A stretch of DNA of 64,000 bases from Nitrospirota bacterium (GTDB taxonomy: Bacteria; Nitrospinota; Nitrospinia; Nitrospinales; VA-1). Where the stretch lies: assembly GCA_003246675.1 (NCBI GenBank), contig QJZQ01000215.1:4936-68935 (forward strand). Direction: 5' to 3'. Within the stretch, counting starts at the first letter, position 1. Each line of letters opens with the position of its first letter. The position numbers and the translations under genes are program-made. A model generated the notes under the pieces. The model saw nothing but the letters and a program-made list of their open reading frames with translations, did not search any database and was not told where the DNA came from. Positions 10,537 to 22,345 of this stretch are shown piece after piece.

Positions 10537-12155
10537 CGCATATGTTCAAGGGGGTCTGGAAACGAGGGGATCTTTTCATCTGGCTTGCGGGCGTCGGGCT
10601 TGCGTTGTCGCTCATCATGGTGGCGGGCCTGTTGCTGGCCATTTTCATCAACGCCGCCACTTTCTTCTGGCCCGCCGACCTTATGAGAATTTCCCTCAAA
10701 AGCGGCGGCACCGTCATCGGCCTTAAAACCGGGCGCGAGGCCATTCCCCAGCCCGAAACGCCGGAAGCTTCCGCGCGCTACCGTCTCCAGATCAAGCAGG
10801 GCAACCGCGACGTGACCGGCGCGGATTTTATCTGGATCGACGAAGCCGACATCGCCAGGGTCGAAAAGGCCGAAGGCGCCCTCATCGTCGAGCGCAGGGA
10901 ATGGGGGGATTTCTACGGCCTCCTCAAGGAAGTGCGGGAGGGGGGAGGGCAGGTGGCCGGTGGCGGGGCCAGCGGGCTTCTGACCCTTCAGGAAAAGATG
11001 GAGACCGCGCTGGCAATCCATGCAGAGATCGACGACCTCACCAAAAGCGATATCGGCCGCGTCAATTACAAGATGGAGAAAAACCGGCTGGCGATGGCTT
11101 CCCTCAAGCCAGGGGCGGACGACCAGGCGCTTGCCCGTCTGAGTAAAGAGCGGAAGGAACTCGAGCGGCACTACCAGGAGTTGACGGCGCGCCTTCAGGT
11201 TCTGAGGGACAAGCAAGTGGGCGAGGCGGTTTTCCTGACCGCCGATGAACGTGAGATCAGCATTCCCCTCGCAAAGGTCATCCAGGTTTACGAACCGGGT
11301 GCGCTTGGCGCCGTGGGCCGAATCGGTTTTTTCCTCCGCAAGGCCATCGATTTCGTGACCGACGACCCGCGGGAATCCAACACGGAAGGCGGCGTCTTCC
11401 CCGCGATATTCGGCACCGTGATGATGGTGATGATCATGAGCCTGCTGGTGACCCCGCTCGGCGTGGTGGCCGCCTTCTACCTGCGCGAATACGCCCATCA
11501 GGGAACGATGGTGAGCGCGGTGCGCATCGCCGTGAACAACCTCGCCGGGGTGCCGTCCATCGTTTTCGGCGTGTTCGGCGTCGGGTTCTTCATTTACTTC
11601 ATCGGCGGCACCATCGACCAGTTGTTCTATGCGGAAAAGCTGCCCGCGCCCACCTTCGGCACCGGCGGAATATTGTGGGCATCGCTCACCATGGCGCTTC
11701 TCACCGTTCCGGTGGTGATCGTCTCCACCGAGGAGGGCCTGGCCTCGGTTGCGGGCGGGCTCCGCGAGGCGTCCATCGCCCTTGGGGCGACGAAGTTCGA
11801 GACCACGTGGCGGGTGGTGCTGCCCGCCGTCATGCCGTCGATTCTGACCGGCCTCATCCTGGCCATGGCCCGGGCCGCGGGCGAGGTGGCGCCGCTCATG
11901 ATCACCGGCGTGGTGAAGCTCGCCCCCTCGCTGCCGGTGGACGGGCTGTTTCCCTTCGTGCACCTGGAGCGAAAATTCATGCACCTGGGTTTTCATATTT
12001 ACGACGTGGGGTTTCAGTCGCCCAATGTCGATGCGGCGCGGCCCATGGTGTTCACCACCACCCTGCTGCTGGTCGTGCTGGTGGTTCTGCTGAACCTGGC
12101 GGCGATCTGGCTGAGAAACCGGCTGCGCAAAAAACTCTCCGCGTCGGGAGTATAA
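10533..12155 (+). CDS. pstA: phosphate ABC transporter permease PstA, long form
   Basis: ATG at 10533 overlaps the pstC stop (ATGA). The permease core includes EASIALGATKFETTWRVVLP. An insertion of about 240 aa lies between TM1 and the core. Confidence 0.85.
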   Translation: MTHMFKGVWKRGDLFIWLAGVGLALSLIMVAGLLLAIFINAATFFWPADLMRISLKSGGTVIGLKTGREAIPQPETPEASARYRLQIKQGNRDVTGADFIWIDEADIARVEKAEGALIVERREWGDFYGLLKEVREGGGQVAGGGASGLLTLQEKMETALAIHAEIDDLTKSDIGRVNYKMEKNRLAMASLKPGADDQALARLSKERKELERHYQELTARLQVLRDKQVGEAVFLTADEREISIPLAKVIQVYEPGALGAVGRIGFFLRKAIDFVTDDPRESNTEGGVFPAIFGTVMMVMIMSLLVTPLGVVAAFYLREYAHQGTMVSAVRIAVNNLAGVPSIVFGVFGVGFFIYFIGGTIDQLFYAEKLPAPTFGTGGILWASLTMALLTVPVVIVSTEEGLASVAGGLREASIALGATKFETTWRVVLPAVMPSILTGLILAMARAAGEVAPLMITGVVKLAPSLPVDGLFPFVHLERKFMHLGFHIYDVGFQSPNVDAARPMVFTTTLLLVVLVVLLNLAAIWLRNRLRKKLSASGV

Positions 12156-12170
12156 TGACGGGATATCACG

Positions 12171-13016
<846 letters not shown>

Positions 13017-13027
13017 AGGAACCCATC

Positions 13028-13723
13028 ATGGCCCGTCACGCCATCCATTTGCAAAGAGAAATCGACCTGCTCAAAAAGAAAATCCTCTCCCTCGGTGCGG
13101 AGGTCGAGGAAAGCGTGCGCCGTTCGGTGCGGGCGCTGGCCACCCGGGATTCGGCGCTGGCGATGCTTGTCATCGATCAGGACAGCGAGATCGACCAGCA
13201 GGAGGTGGACGTCGAGGAGGAGTGCCTGAAGATCCTGGCCCTGCATCAGCCGGTGGCCAACGACCTTCGGCTCATCATTGCCATCCTGAAAATCAACAAC
13301 GACCTGGAGCGCATCGCCGACCTATCGGTGAACATCGCCGAGCGCACCGTTTACCTCGCCACGCAGGACAAGATTGCGATCCCTTTCGATTTTCCCGGAA
13401 TGGCCGACAAGGTGCAGTCGATGCTGCAACGCAGCCTCGACGCGCTGGTGAATGCCGATTCGGCCCTCGCCCGGCAGGTTTGCGCCGACGACGACGAGGT
13501 GGACCGAATGAACCGCGAGGTGTACGGCCGCGTGGAGGCCGCCATCCGCGAGCGCCCGGAACAAATCAACGGTCTCATCAACCTTTTGTCCGCCTCGCGT
13601 TACCTGGAGCGGGCGGCCGACCATGCCACCAACATTGCCGAAGACGTCATCTATCTCGTTGAAGGCGTCATCATCCGGCATCAGGGACCGAACCGGGAAA
13701 ATTCCCCCAACCCTTCCGGCTGA
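13028..13723 (+). CDS. phoU: phosphate signalling complex protein PhoU
   Basis: Two PhoU repeats (DQQEVDVEEECLKILALHQPVANDLR and DDDEVDRMNREV...RYLERAADHATNIAEDVIY). It lies directly after pstB. Confidence 0.9.
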   Translation: MARHAIHLQREIDLLKKKILSLGAEVEESVRRSVRALATRDSALAMLVIDQDSEIDQQEVDVEEECLKILALHQPVANDLRLIIAILKINNDLERIADLSVNIAERTVYLATQDKIAIPFDFPGMADKVQSMLQRSLDALVNADSALARQVCADDDEVDRMNREVYGRVEAAIRERPEQINGLINLLSASRYLERAADHATNIAEDVIYLVEGVIIRHQGPNRENSPNPSG

Positions 13724-13757
13724 AGCCAGCTGGACGGCGCGCCCGGTTCGCGCGCGG

Positions 13758-14363
13758 TTAACGGTGCGGGCTTCCCGCCGGGCGGCGCACGGCCCGCACC
13801 CCGCCGTTCTGGCAATAGGAAAACCTGCGGATGTGCGTCATCCCCGTGACAAAATAAAACGACCGGGCGCAGCAGTCGGTGAGGTCCGTGACCTTGTGAT
13901 CGGACGACCAGTACCAGTAAGCCGCCCCGTCGGCGAATTTTTCGTCGAGCGCCATGGGGTTACCGGGGTCCTTGTCCCAGGCCTTGATATTTGCCTTCGT
14001 GTCGTCGTAGATGAGGAATAGCTCGGCCAGGCTCGGCAGGTCCCAGTCGTCGTGGCCGCCGGTGCGCAGGTTTTTCACATATTCCACCGACTGACGCCAT
14101 GAAAGACAATGGCCCAGATCGGCGTAGCTGTCCGCCTGGGCCCACATGAGGCCCGAGTCGAGATCGGTGAGGGTGCCGTCGCCATTGTCCTTGAGGCGTA
14201 CTTTCGAAACCGGGGGCGGCGGTGGAACGTAGGGTTCCGCCACGTAAGGTTCCGGCGGGCCGATGTCCCGCCAGCCCGCGAACCCCGGCTCGGCCACGGC
14301 CACGGTCTGGAGCAGAATCAGAAAGGCAGCGAAATACAGCGGATGGGGTGGGGGGGGACGCAT
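13758..14363 (-). CDS. DUF1566 (Lcl C-terminal-like) domain secreted protein
   Basis: Contains GTLTDLDSGLMWAQAD...W.LPSLAELFLIY, typical of DUF1566. ATG at 14363 gives a signal-like N-terminus; the longer ORF start at 14432 is rejected. Confidence 0.6.
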   Translation of the reverse strand: MRPPPPHPLYFAAFLILLQTVAVAEPGFAGWRDIGPPEPYVAEPYVPPPPPVSKVRLKDNGDGTLTDLDSGLMWAQADSYADLGHCLSWRQSVEYVKNLRTGGHDDWDLPSLAELFLIYDDTKANIKAWDKDPGNPMALDEKFADGAAYWYWSSDHKVTDLTDCCARSFYFVTGMTHIRRFSYCQNGGVRAVRRPAGSPHR

Positions 14364-14441
14364 GCCCAGAACCCTCCTTTGAAGGAAACTCCTGCGATTA
14401 TAATTCCTTCGCCTTATTAAAATAAAGATCAATCTGCCGGT

Positions 14442-17008
14442 TCAGGTGTCGAGTTCGCGGAGCGTCTTGAGAGGTTTGTTTCTCAACACGTCGAGGCTGG
14501 CGAGGGTGCCTGTGAGGGCGGTGAAAACCAGAGTCAGGATCAGGGTGCCGCCGAGGGCGGCGGGGTGGAGGTGCCAGGGCGATTTGACCAGGTATGTCAT
14601 CACCGCCCAGGAGAGCGCAAGCGACAGCAGGATGCCGGTCGTCCCGGCCACCAGGCCCAGCGAGAAGTATTCGACGCCCAGCACCGAGGCGACGACGCGC
14701 GGCCGCGCGCCCAGCACCTTGAGCACCGCCGATTCCTTCATGCGGCGGAATTTGGTCGAGGCCACCGATCCGGCAAGGATGAACAACCCCGCGCCAATGG
14801 CGAACGCCGACATGAAATCCACCAGGGTCGTCAGTTTGCCGACCACGTTTTCCACCGTGTCGACAATATCGCGCGTGCTGAGCGCGGTGACGTTGGGCAG
14901 AGCGCGGGCGACGGCGTTCTGCAGCTCGAGTTCGCGCTCGTCGGGAACGTGGACGGTGGCGACGAAGGTGAGGGGTGCGCCTTCGAGCGCGCCGGGGGAA
15001 TAGATCATGTAAAAGTTCGTGCGCATGTTGCGCCAGTCGACCTTGCGGATGCTGGTCACCGGCGCGGTAATCCGCACGCCCTGGATATCCATGGTGAGGC
15101 TGGAGCCGATGTCCAGGCCGAGGCGGCGCGCGGCGTCTTCCTCCAGGGATACCTGCGGCGTGGCGGCCTCCGCCTCGCCCCACCAGGCGCCGCGAATCAC
15201 CGTGTTGTCTTTGGGCGGCGGGCCGGCCATGTAGGTCAGCACGAAATCGCGCCGGATGAACCACTCCTCCTCGCGCGGGTTTCTGAACTCCCAGCGGGAA
15301 GCCAGCCGGTCGCCCGCGCTGTACAGTTTGGAGCGGACCAGGGGCGTGAGCGAATGTTCGGCCCCGGGCGCGGTTTCATCGACGATGCGGGTGAAGCGTT
15401 CGGCCTGGTCGGGCTGGATGTCGATGAAGAAATAATTCGGCGGCCGGACCTCGGTGTTCGATTTCAGCATGGCCACCGTGTCCACCTGCACCAGGCGTAC
15501 GGTGAGCACCAGCATGATCCCCATGCCCAGGCAGGTGATGATGGCGGCGGCCTGGCTGTTGGGCCGGTGCAGGTTGGCGAGGCCGTAGCGCCGGGTCATG
15601 CTCCCTGAAGGCGGCAGGCTGCGAAGCAGCCGGAGCATCAGCGCCGAGGCCAGCCGGAGAACGAGCGCCGACGCCGCGATCGCGCCCAGAAACACAGCAC
15701 CCCGCCGCACCGAACCCGCCTGCCAGAACACCATGAGCGCCAGCCCCGCGATAATCAGCAGCGCCATCGCCGCGCGCTCCAGGCGCGAGCCAGGTGAGAG
15801 TTCTTCCTCCTCGAAATTCCTGCGGAAGAGGCGCAGCGGCCGGGTTTTCACCGCTTGCGCCAGCGGCCACAGGACAAAGAGCAGCGTCGTCGCCATCCCG
15901 AGCAGCAGGGATTCGAGAGCGGCTCGCGCGTGGAAACCGGGTTCGACGGCGACGGTGAGCAGTCCATCGAGTTTGTCCGGCAGAAGAAACTGCAGCCCGT
16001 AGCCGAGCGCCACGCCGAGCACGCTGCCGGCCAGACCGAGAACGAGAGACTGCGTGAGATAGACCTTGAAGAGCGTCGCCGGTCTTGCGCCCAGGCAGTT
16101 CAGGATGGCGAGGGTGTCGAGCTTGCCCGCCATGAACGTGCGGACGATCATGGCCACGCCGATGCCCCCCATGAGCAGCGCGATGACGCCCACCGCGCCG
16201 AGGTATTGCCCCATGCGCTCGATGGAATCGGTGATGGACGATTCCATGTCCTTGTAGGTGCGCAGATTCACCGCTTTGTCGGTGAGCCCGCGCTCGAGGA
16301 GCACGAGGGCCTTTTCGAGTTCGATGGAATTTTCGGGAAGCCGGACCAGGGTGCGGTGCTTCACCCGGCTGCCCGGCCGGATGAGCCCGGCGGCCTCAAG
16401 GGTGCCGCGGGAAACGAAAACGCGCGGGCCGATGCTGAAGGCGCGCGAGATCCGGTCCGGCTCCTTGGCCACCGTGCCGCGGACCTGCACCTCTGTTTTT
16501 CCCAGGGAGAAGGTGTCGCCCAAAGTCAGGCCCGTTTTGACGAGAAACGCAGGGTCCACCACCGCGCCGCCTTCGGCGAGCAGGTCGGCGAGGGGGCGGT
16601 CCGGCTGGCTCTTGAAGGTTCCGTACAGCGGATAGTGGGGCGCTTCAAGCGGCACCGCCTTGAGTTCGACGAGCAGGGAGGCGGATTCACCGGAAGCCCG
16701 GTGGCGGGCCATGGCCTGCAATTCCTTGATGAAAATAAAATCGGTTCCCGGAGGCAGGGTTTTTTTCTGAAAGGCCATGTCTTTCGCGCTTTGCTCCCAG
16801 CTGCTTTGAATGGCGATGTCTGCTGCGAGCAGGCCTTTCGATTCTCCGCGGATACCTGTATCGAGCAGGCTGGAGAAGCTTTTGATGGTCATCACCGCGC
16901 CCACGCCGATGGCGATACAGAGAACAAAAAATGCGAAGCGATGGCGGACGCCTCTGAACTCGGCGGCGATCAGCCTGACGGTTTGCCCGAGAGTCAGCCG
17001 GCCCGTTG

Positions 17009-17012
<4 letters not shown>
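14442..17012 (-). CDS. ybbP: FtsX-family ABC transporter permease (YbbP-like, duplicated FtsX domains)
   Basis: 856 aa with about 10 TM segments in two FtsX-like halves. It overlaps the upstream ATPase by 4 nt. Synteny with tesA matches the E. coli arrangement. Confidence 0.75.
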
Positions 17013-17746
<734 letters not shown>

Positions 17747-17766
17747 TATAGTATCAGTATAGGATT

Positions 17767-18432
17767 ATGAAGATACATCACTCATTTCTTTCTTGTAAAG
17801 GCCGCGTGCTCAGCGCGGCCCGGCTTCTGGTGATCGCCATCTGCGGGGCGCTCGCGTGGGTCGGCGATTCGAGCGGGGAGGGCGGGCCTGTGGTGGTTGC
17901 GCTGGGCGATAGTTTAACGGCGGGCTACGGCGTGCCCGAGGCAGCGAGTTACCCTGCGCGCCTGCAGGCGCTGCTCACGAGCGAAGGCTACCCGCAAACC
18001 GTGGTCAACGCCGGAGTGAGCGGCGACACGACGGCGGGCGGGCTGAGGCGCATCCGCTGGCTGCTCAGGCACGATCCGGAAATCGTCATTCTCGAGCTTG
18101 GCGCCAACGATGGCCTGCGCGGCCTGCCGCTGGAGGAAATTTATTCCAACCTGGAAAAAATCATCCTCATCTGCAAGGAAGAGGGCATCCAGGTGCTGCT
18201 GGTGGGGATGAAGGTTCCGCCCAATTACGGCGAGCATTACGCGCGCGGTTTTGAAGACGTGTTCAGCCGGCTGGCCCGCGGCCATGAACTGCCCTTTGTC
18301 CCGTTCCTTCTCGAAGGTATCGCCGCGCAAAAAGGCTACACTCAGGGCGACGGCATCCACCCGGAAGCCGAAGGCTACGCCGTGGTCACCCGGACGGTGT
18401 GGCGTCACCTGAAGCCCATGCTCAAAAAGTAA
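17767..18432 (+). CDS. tesA: SGNH/GDSL arylesterase-thioesterase, TesA-like
   Basis: GDSLTAGYG block I, GANDGLR block III and DGIHP block V. It is divergent from ybbA-ybbP. Confidence 0.8.
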   Translation: MKIHHSFLSCKGRVLSAARLLVIAICGALAWVGDSSGEGGPVVVALGDSLTAGYGVPEAASYPARLQALLTSEGYPQTVVNAGVSGDTTAGGLRRIRWLLRHDPEIVILELGANDGLRGLPLEEIYSNLEKIILICKEEGIQVLLVGMKVPPNYGEHYARGFEDVFSRLARGHELPFVPFLLEGIAAQKGYTQGDGIHPEAEGYAVVTRTVWRHLKPMLKK

Positions 18433-18441
18433 AAACCGGAC

Positions 18442-19548
18442 TTAGCCGAGGCTTTCCAGGTAGCGCATCAGCTGGCCGTAACACGCGCCGCCTGCAAGAA
18501 CGGCCGAGGCCCGTTCGAAACCCGCCTGCGGGCTCGGTGAAAGATCGAAGAGGTGGAGCAGCGTTCCCGCCTGGCTGGCGATGAGCGTGGCGGGCGGCCC
18601 CGGCTTGCCCTTAAGCGCCGCCTCGCCGAGCTGCGCGATGGTGGCAGCGCTGGCCGGAAGGGCCTTCAGGTCTTGATAAGCGCCTGCCACATTCTCCGCC
18701 GTTTTGCAGTCGAACATCTTTTCCTTGTCGAGCGCAATTTCCCGGGGCTCCTCGCCGCCCGCGTGCAGGAACACCCGTGCGGCCTTGTGCACGCCGTAGA
18801 GCGTGGTCCCCTCCATGCCGTTGCCCACCGCGACGCGGTCGAACGCGCTCGCTTTGGCGATGGACATCATCGCCACCTCGTAGCCTTTATGGAAGTAGCC
18901 GGAGGCGAGAAAGTTGCCGCCCGGGCGGGCCGCCACCGGCATCAGCATTTTTTCCACCGTCGCCAGCATCGGCCGTTTGACGATGTCTTCCCTGAGCGAA
19001 CGCAGTTTTTCGAGCCGGGGATGAGTGTGGGCGGCGCTCAGGTAACCGAAGCCGCTGGCCGCGAGGCTGGCCAGGCGCCGCTCGCCGCTTGCCCCGGCGG
19101 CGGAGGAATAAGGACCCGCCAGGAGGTCCTCGAAGGTGATGCCGAATTTGGGCGCATGCGCCCGCGCCGAATGGCCGTAAGCCGCAAGCCCCAGGGCGGC
19201 GAGCACGGGGATGGCGTAAAAACCGAAGTAGGGAACGCGGTTGATGCCGTCGAACGGATCGGCGATTTCCAGCAGGCGGTCGAAGGGCAGCTCGTGCCGT
19301 ACCGTGGTGGCCTGGAGTGCGCGCCAGAAACCCAGGATTTCTTCCGGTGTTTCGAGCTTCATGCGCGAGGCGACGAGGAAGGCGGCGGCGCGAGGCGGAG
19401 ACACCTCGCCGTTCAATATCATCAGGAGCGCGTCTTCCGCTTCCCCGGCGGTGAGGTCCTTGCTCATTCGCGGGCCGCTGGCGATCTTTTCAAGGTAGTG
19501 CTTCATTCTTTCGCCGGGGGCGTCGTCGTCGATATTCCTGTTATTCAT
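18442..19548 (-). CDS. anthranilate phosphoribosyltransferase (TrpD)-like protein, divergent
   Basis: The N-terminal helical bundle resembles Glycos_trans_3N (LTAGEAEDALLMILNGEVSPPRAAAFLVASRMKLETPEE). The expected GTGGD PRPP motif is replaced by DPFDGINR. ATG at 19548; alternative ATG at 19506. Confidence 0.5.
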   Translation of the reverse strand: MNNRNIDDDAPGERMKHYLEKIASGPRMSKDLTAGEAEDALLMILNGEVSPPRAAAFLVASRMKLETPEEILGFWRALQATTVRHELPFDRLLEIADPFDGINRVPYFGFYAIPVLAALGLAAYGHSARAHAPKFGITFEDLLAGPYSSAAGASGERRLASLAASGFGYLSAAHTHPRLEKLRSLREDIVKRPMLATVEKMLMPVAARPGGNFLASGYFHKGYEVAMMSIAKASAFDRVAVGNGMEGTTLYGVHKAARVFLHAGGEEPREIALDKEKMFDCKTAENVAGAYQDLKALPASAATIAQLGEAALKGKPGPPATLIASQAGTLLHLFDLSPSPQAGFERASAVLAGGACYGQLMRYLESLG

Positions 19549-19684
19549 ATCAAAAGTGGTCCGCAAAGGGGGATTGGTATATGATAAAAGTCCGCACCCA
19601 ATCATGGGCATGAAACACCGTTTGGCCGCTGGTGGCCGCCACTTACCCGGCGTAGCCCACCCGGCCGGGACAACTCGATCAACG

Positions 19685-21397
19685 ATGCCGGACCTTGAAA
19701 CGCATAACGATTGTACTCCGGACGCCGCTCCCGTCAAACCCCTGAGCGTGCTGCTCGTATACCCCAACACCCGCGAAGTGGCCCTGGCCAATCTCGGGTT
19801 TCAGCGCGTGCACGAACTCCTCAACCGGATCGACGGCGTGGTCTGCGACCGCTACGCCCTTCCCAACGACTGGAAACCCGGGGCGAAGCGATTAAAAGAG
19901 CACGAGCTTTTATCGCACGAAACGCACCGCAGGCCGCGGGATTTCGACGTGATCGCGTTTTCCATTTCCTTCGAGCCGGACTACCTGCACGCCGCCGCCC
20001 TGCTTGGCTATTTCGGCCTGCCGCTCAGAAGGAAGGACCGTGGGCCGGGCTTCCCGCTGGTGGCGGCGGGCGGATCGGCGGTGTTCATCAACCCCGAACC
20101 CCTGGCGGACTGTGTGGACCTGTTTTTCATCGGCGAGGGGGAGGGCATGGCGGAACGGTTCTTTGCCGCCTACCGGGGGCCGGATCAGGAGGATCGCCCG
20201 GCCGCGCTCCGGCGCGCCGCCCGCGTTTCGGGAATCTATGTTCCCGAACTGTATGAGCCCCTGTACGAGGAGGGCCGGCTGATAGGCTACCGCGCCGATC
20301 CCGAGGTTCCCGCGCGCGTCGTCCGCCATTACACCGAAGAGCCGGGCGAGCTCATAACGCATTCCACCCTGCACGGCGAGGCGTCGACATTCAGGGACAT
20401 GACGCTCCTGGAAGTGACCCGGGGCTGCATATGGGCCTGCCGCTTCTGCACGGCGGGGTTTATTTACCGGCCGCCGCGCCTGCCCGATCTTCAGTCCACT
20501 CTCGATTCGCTGGACCGCTCTCTGGAGGGCGGGGAGCGGCCTTCCACCGTCGGCCTGGTCGGGCCCTCGGTGACCGACCATCCCGATTTGACCGCGATGG
20601 CGAAAAAAATCGTCGAGCGCGGGCAGACTCTATCGTTCTCCTCACTTCGCATGGAAACCCTGACCGACGAGCTGGTGGACCTGATCCTGCAAAGCGGGCA
20701 GAAGACCATCACCGTGGCCGTCGACGCGCCGTCGAAACGCATGCGCGACGTGGTCAACAAGGCGGCGACCGACGAAGCGATCATCGAAAAATGCCGTTTC
20801 CTCACCGCCAAGGGCATCCTGCATCTCAAGATTTATTCCATCATCGGCCTGCCGGGGGAGACGGATGAGGACATCGACCAGTTCATCGCCCTCGTCAAAA
20901 ACGTGATGCAGGTGTATGTGGAGGAGTGCCAGAAGCGCGGCAACATCGGCAAAGTGACCATCAGCCTCGGGCCGCTGATTCCCAAGCCCGGCACGCCGTT
21001 CCAGTTTCATCCCATGGAGGCGGTGGCGGTGCTCAAGAAAAAAATCATGAAGGTGCGCCGGGCTCTTGGCGGATTCCGCCAACTCAAGCTCGGCATGGGT
21101 TCGCCGCGGGAGGCGTTTCTGCAAACCTACCTTTCGCGCGGCGACCGCCGCCTGGCGGATTTTTTCGAGGCCTATCTCGAAAACGGCGAGGACGCCCGCG
21201 CCGCCCTGGGGGCCGTCACGCCGGAACCGGAACAGGTGGTTTACCGGCAGTATCAAAAGGACGACTTCCTGCCCTGGGATATCATCGACCACGGCTACAG
21301 GGATGATTTCCTCTGGCGGGATTACCAGCGCGGGCTGGCCGAACTGCACACCCCCGTCTGCGATACGGCGACGTGCAAGATCTGCGGCGTGTGCTGA
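19685..21397 (+). CDS. B12-binding-domain-like radical SAM protein (TIGR03960-like, uncharacterised family)
   Basis: N-terminus LLVYPNTREVALANLGFQ...FDVIAFSISFE...GGSAVFINPEPLADCVDLFFIGEGE, followed by TRGCIWACRFCTAG (CxxxCxxC). ATG at 19685 was chosen over the upstream overlapping start. Confidence 0.75.
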   Translation: MPDLETHNDCTPDAAPVKPLSVLLVYPNTREVALANLGFQRVHELLNRIDGVVCDRYALPNDWKPGAKRLKEHELLSHETHRRPRDFDVIAFSISFEPDYLHAAALLGYFGLPLRRKDRGPGFPLVAAGGSAVFINPEPLADCVDLFFIGEGEGMAERFFAAYRGPDQEDRPAALRRAARVSGIYVPELYEPLYEEGRLIGYRADPEVPARVVRHYTEEPGELITHSTLHGEASTFRDMTLLEVTRGCIWACRFCTAGFIYRPPRLPDLQSTLDSLDRSLEGGERPSTVGLVGPSVTDHPDLTAMAKKIVERGQTLSFSSLRMETLTDELVDLILQSGQKTITVAVDAPSKRMRDVVNKAATDEAIIEKCRFLTAKGILHLKIYSIIGLPGETDEDIDQFIALVKNVMQVYVEECQKRGNIGKVTISLGPLIPKPGTPFQFHPMEAVAVLKKKIMKVRRALGGFRQLKLGMGSPREAFLQTYLSRGDRRLADFFEAYLENGEDARAALGAVTPEPEQVVYRQYQKDDFLPWDIIDHGYRDDFLWRDYQRGLAELHTPVCDTATCKICGVC

Positions 21398-21454
21398 CCG
21401 CCGCTTCCCGAACACCGGCTTCGGCCGGCAAACGCGGATAACGAGGAGCCGGCC

Positions 21455-22324
21455 ATGCCGCCCAATCTGGACAGGATGAACAAGCTGCCCGCCCCGGCGC
21501 GGTTTTTCGATATCAACGACCTGTGGTACTTCGCCAACCGCAGCGCCGTCCGGTTTTTGTATTCCCGGCCCGTCACCGCCAACCAGGTCACCCTCCTGTC
21601 CCTCGTTTTCGGGCTGGCGGCGGCGGGGTTTTATCTCGTCCCCACCGATGCGGGGCTGTGGGGGGCCGCCGCCTTTCTTTACGCTAAAATTTTTCTCGAC
21701 AACGTGGATGGCAACCTGGCGCGGGTGCGCGGCGAGGTCTCGCGCATCGGCCGTTTTCTCGATTCTCTCACCGACTTTTTGGTCACGGTGCTGGTATTCC
21801 TCGCCGTCAGCTGGCGCATCTATCACGAGACGGGCGAGGCCTGGATCTTCGGCCTGGGCGGGTTCGCGCTGCTCAGCTGCCTTCTCCAGTGTTCCTACTT
21901 TGTTTTCTATCTCGTCAGCTACACCTCCGCCATCGGCGCCTACGGGAAGAACCGCATCGACGAACGCGTCTGCCGCGCCGATCTTGAGGCTGTACGGCAA
22001 GGCCGCCTGAGCCGCATGGGGCTTTTGTTGCAGCGTCTGCACGGGGTCACGTATGGATGGCAGGATCGCGCCATAGAGGCCTTCGATGGCGTCAGCCGCA
22101 GGTGGGCCGGGCCCGGAGGAGAGGCGGAAGGCTGGGTGGCGGAAAAGTGGTTTCTCACTCTCATCAGCCCGCTGTGCCTGTGCACCAGCAACATGCTGCT
22201 GGTCGTGTTTTCCCTGCTCGGCCGGCTGGAACTCTACCTGGTTTTCGTCGCGCTGTTTGGCAATGCCTACCTGTTGGGGGTGCAGGTCCTGAAGGTGGGG
22301 CGTGCGCGCTGGAAGAGCGCCTGA
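21455..22324 (+). CDS. CDP-alcohol phosphatidyltransferase family membrane protein
   Basis: Exact motif DNVDGNLAR-x8-G-x3-D-x3-D, with multiple TM segments. Confidence 0.75.
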   Translation: MPPNLDRMNKLPAPARFFDINDLWYFANRSAVRFLYSRPVTANQVTLLSLVFGLAAAGFYLVPTDAGLWGAAAFLYAKIFLDNVDGNLARVRGEVSRIGRFLDSLTDFLVTVLVFLAVSWRIYHETGEAWIFGLGGFALLSCLLQCSYFVFYLVSYTSAIGAYGKNRIDERVCRADLEAVRQGRLSRMGLLLQRLHGVTYGWQDRAIEAFDGVSRRWAGPGGEAEGWVAEKWFLTLISPLCLCTSNMLLVVFSLLGRLELYLVFVALFGNAYLLGVQVLKVGRARWKSA

Positions 22325-22345
22325 ACGCGCTTTTTTAGTCGGCGC

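Noticed and set aside
10167-11996. 609-aa minus-strand ORF opposite pstA. The same pattern applies to long antisense ORFs at 300..992, 2697..4172, 4205..5596, 15855..17306, 20642..22042, 25016..26104, 26408..27787, 35875..37764, 38442..39665, 42129..43526 and 49141..50385.
   Set aside because: Each lies antisense to a gene with clear family motifs. Their translations are Arg/Gly/His/Pro-rich low-complexity with no recognisable domains. Long stop-free antisense frames are expected by chance at this GC content.
13724-13757. Short GC inverted repeat (GCGCG...CGCGC) between phoU and the convergent DUF1566 gene, considered as a terminator.
   Set aside because: The stem is only about 5 bp with no T-run on either strand, which is too weak to call.
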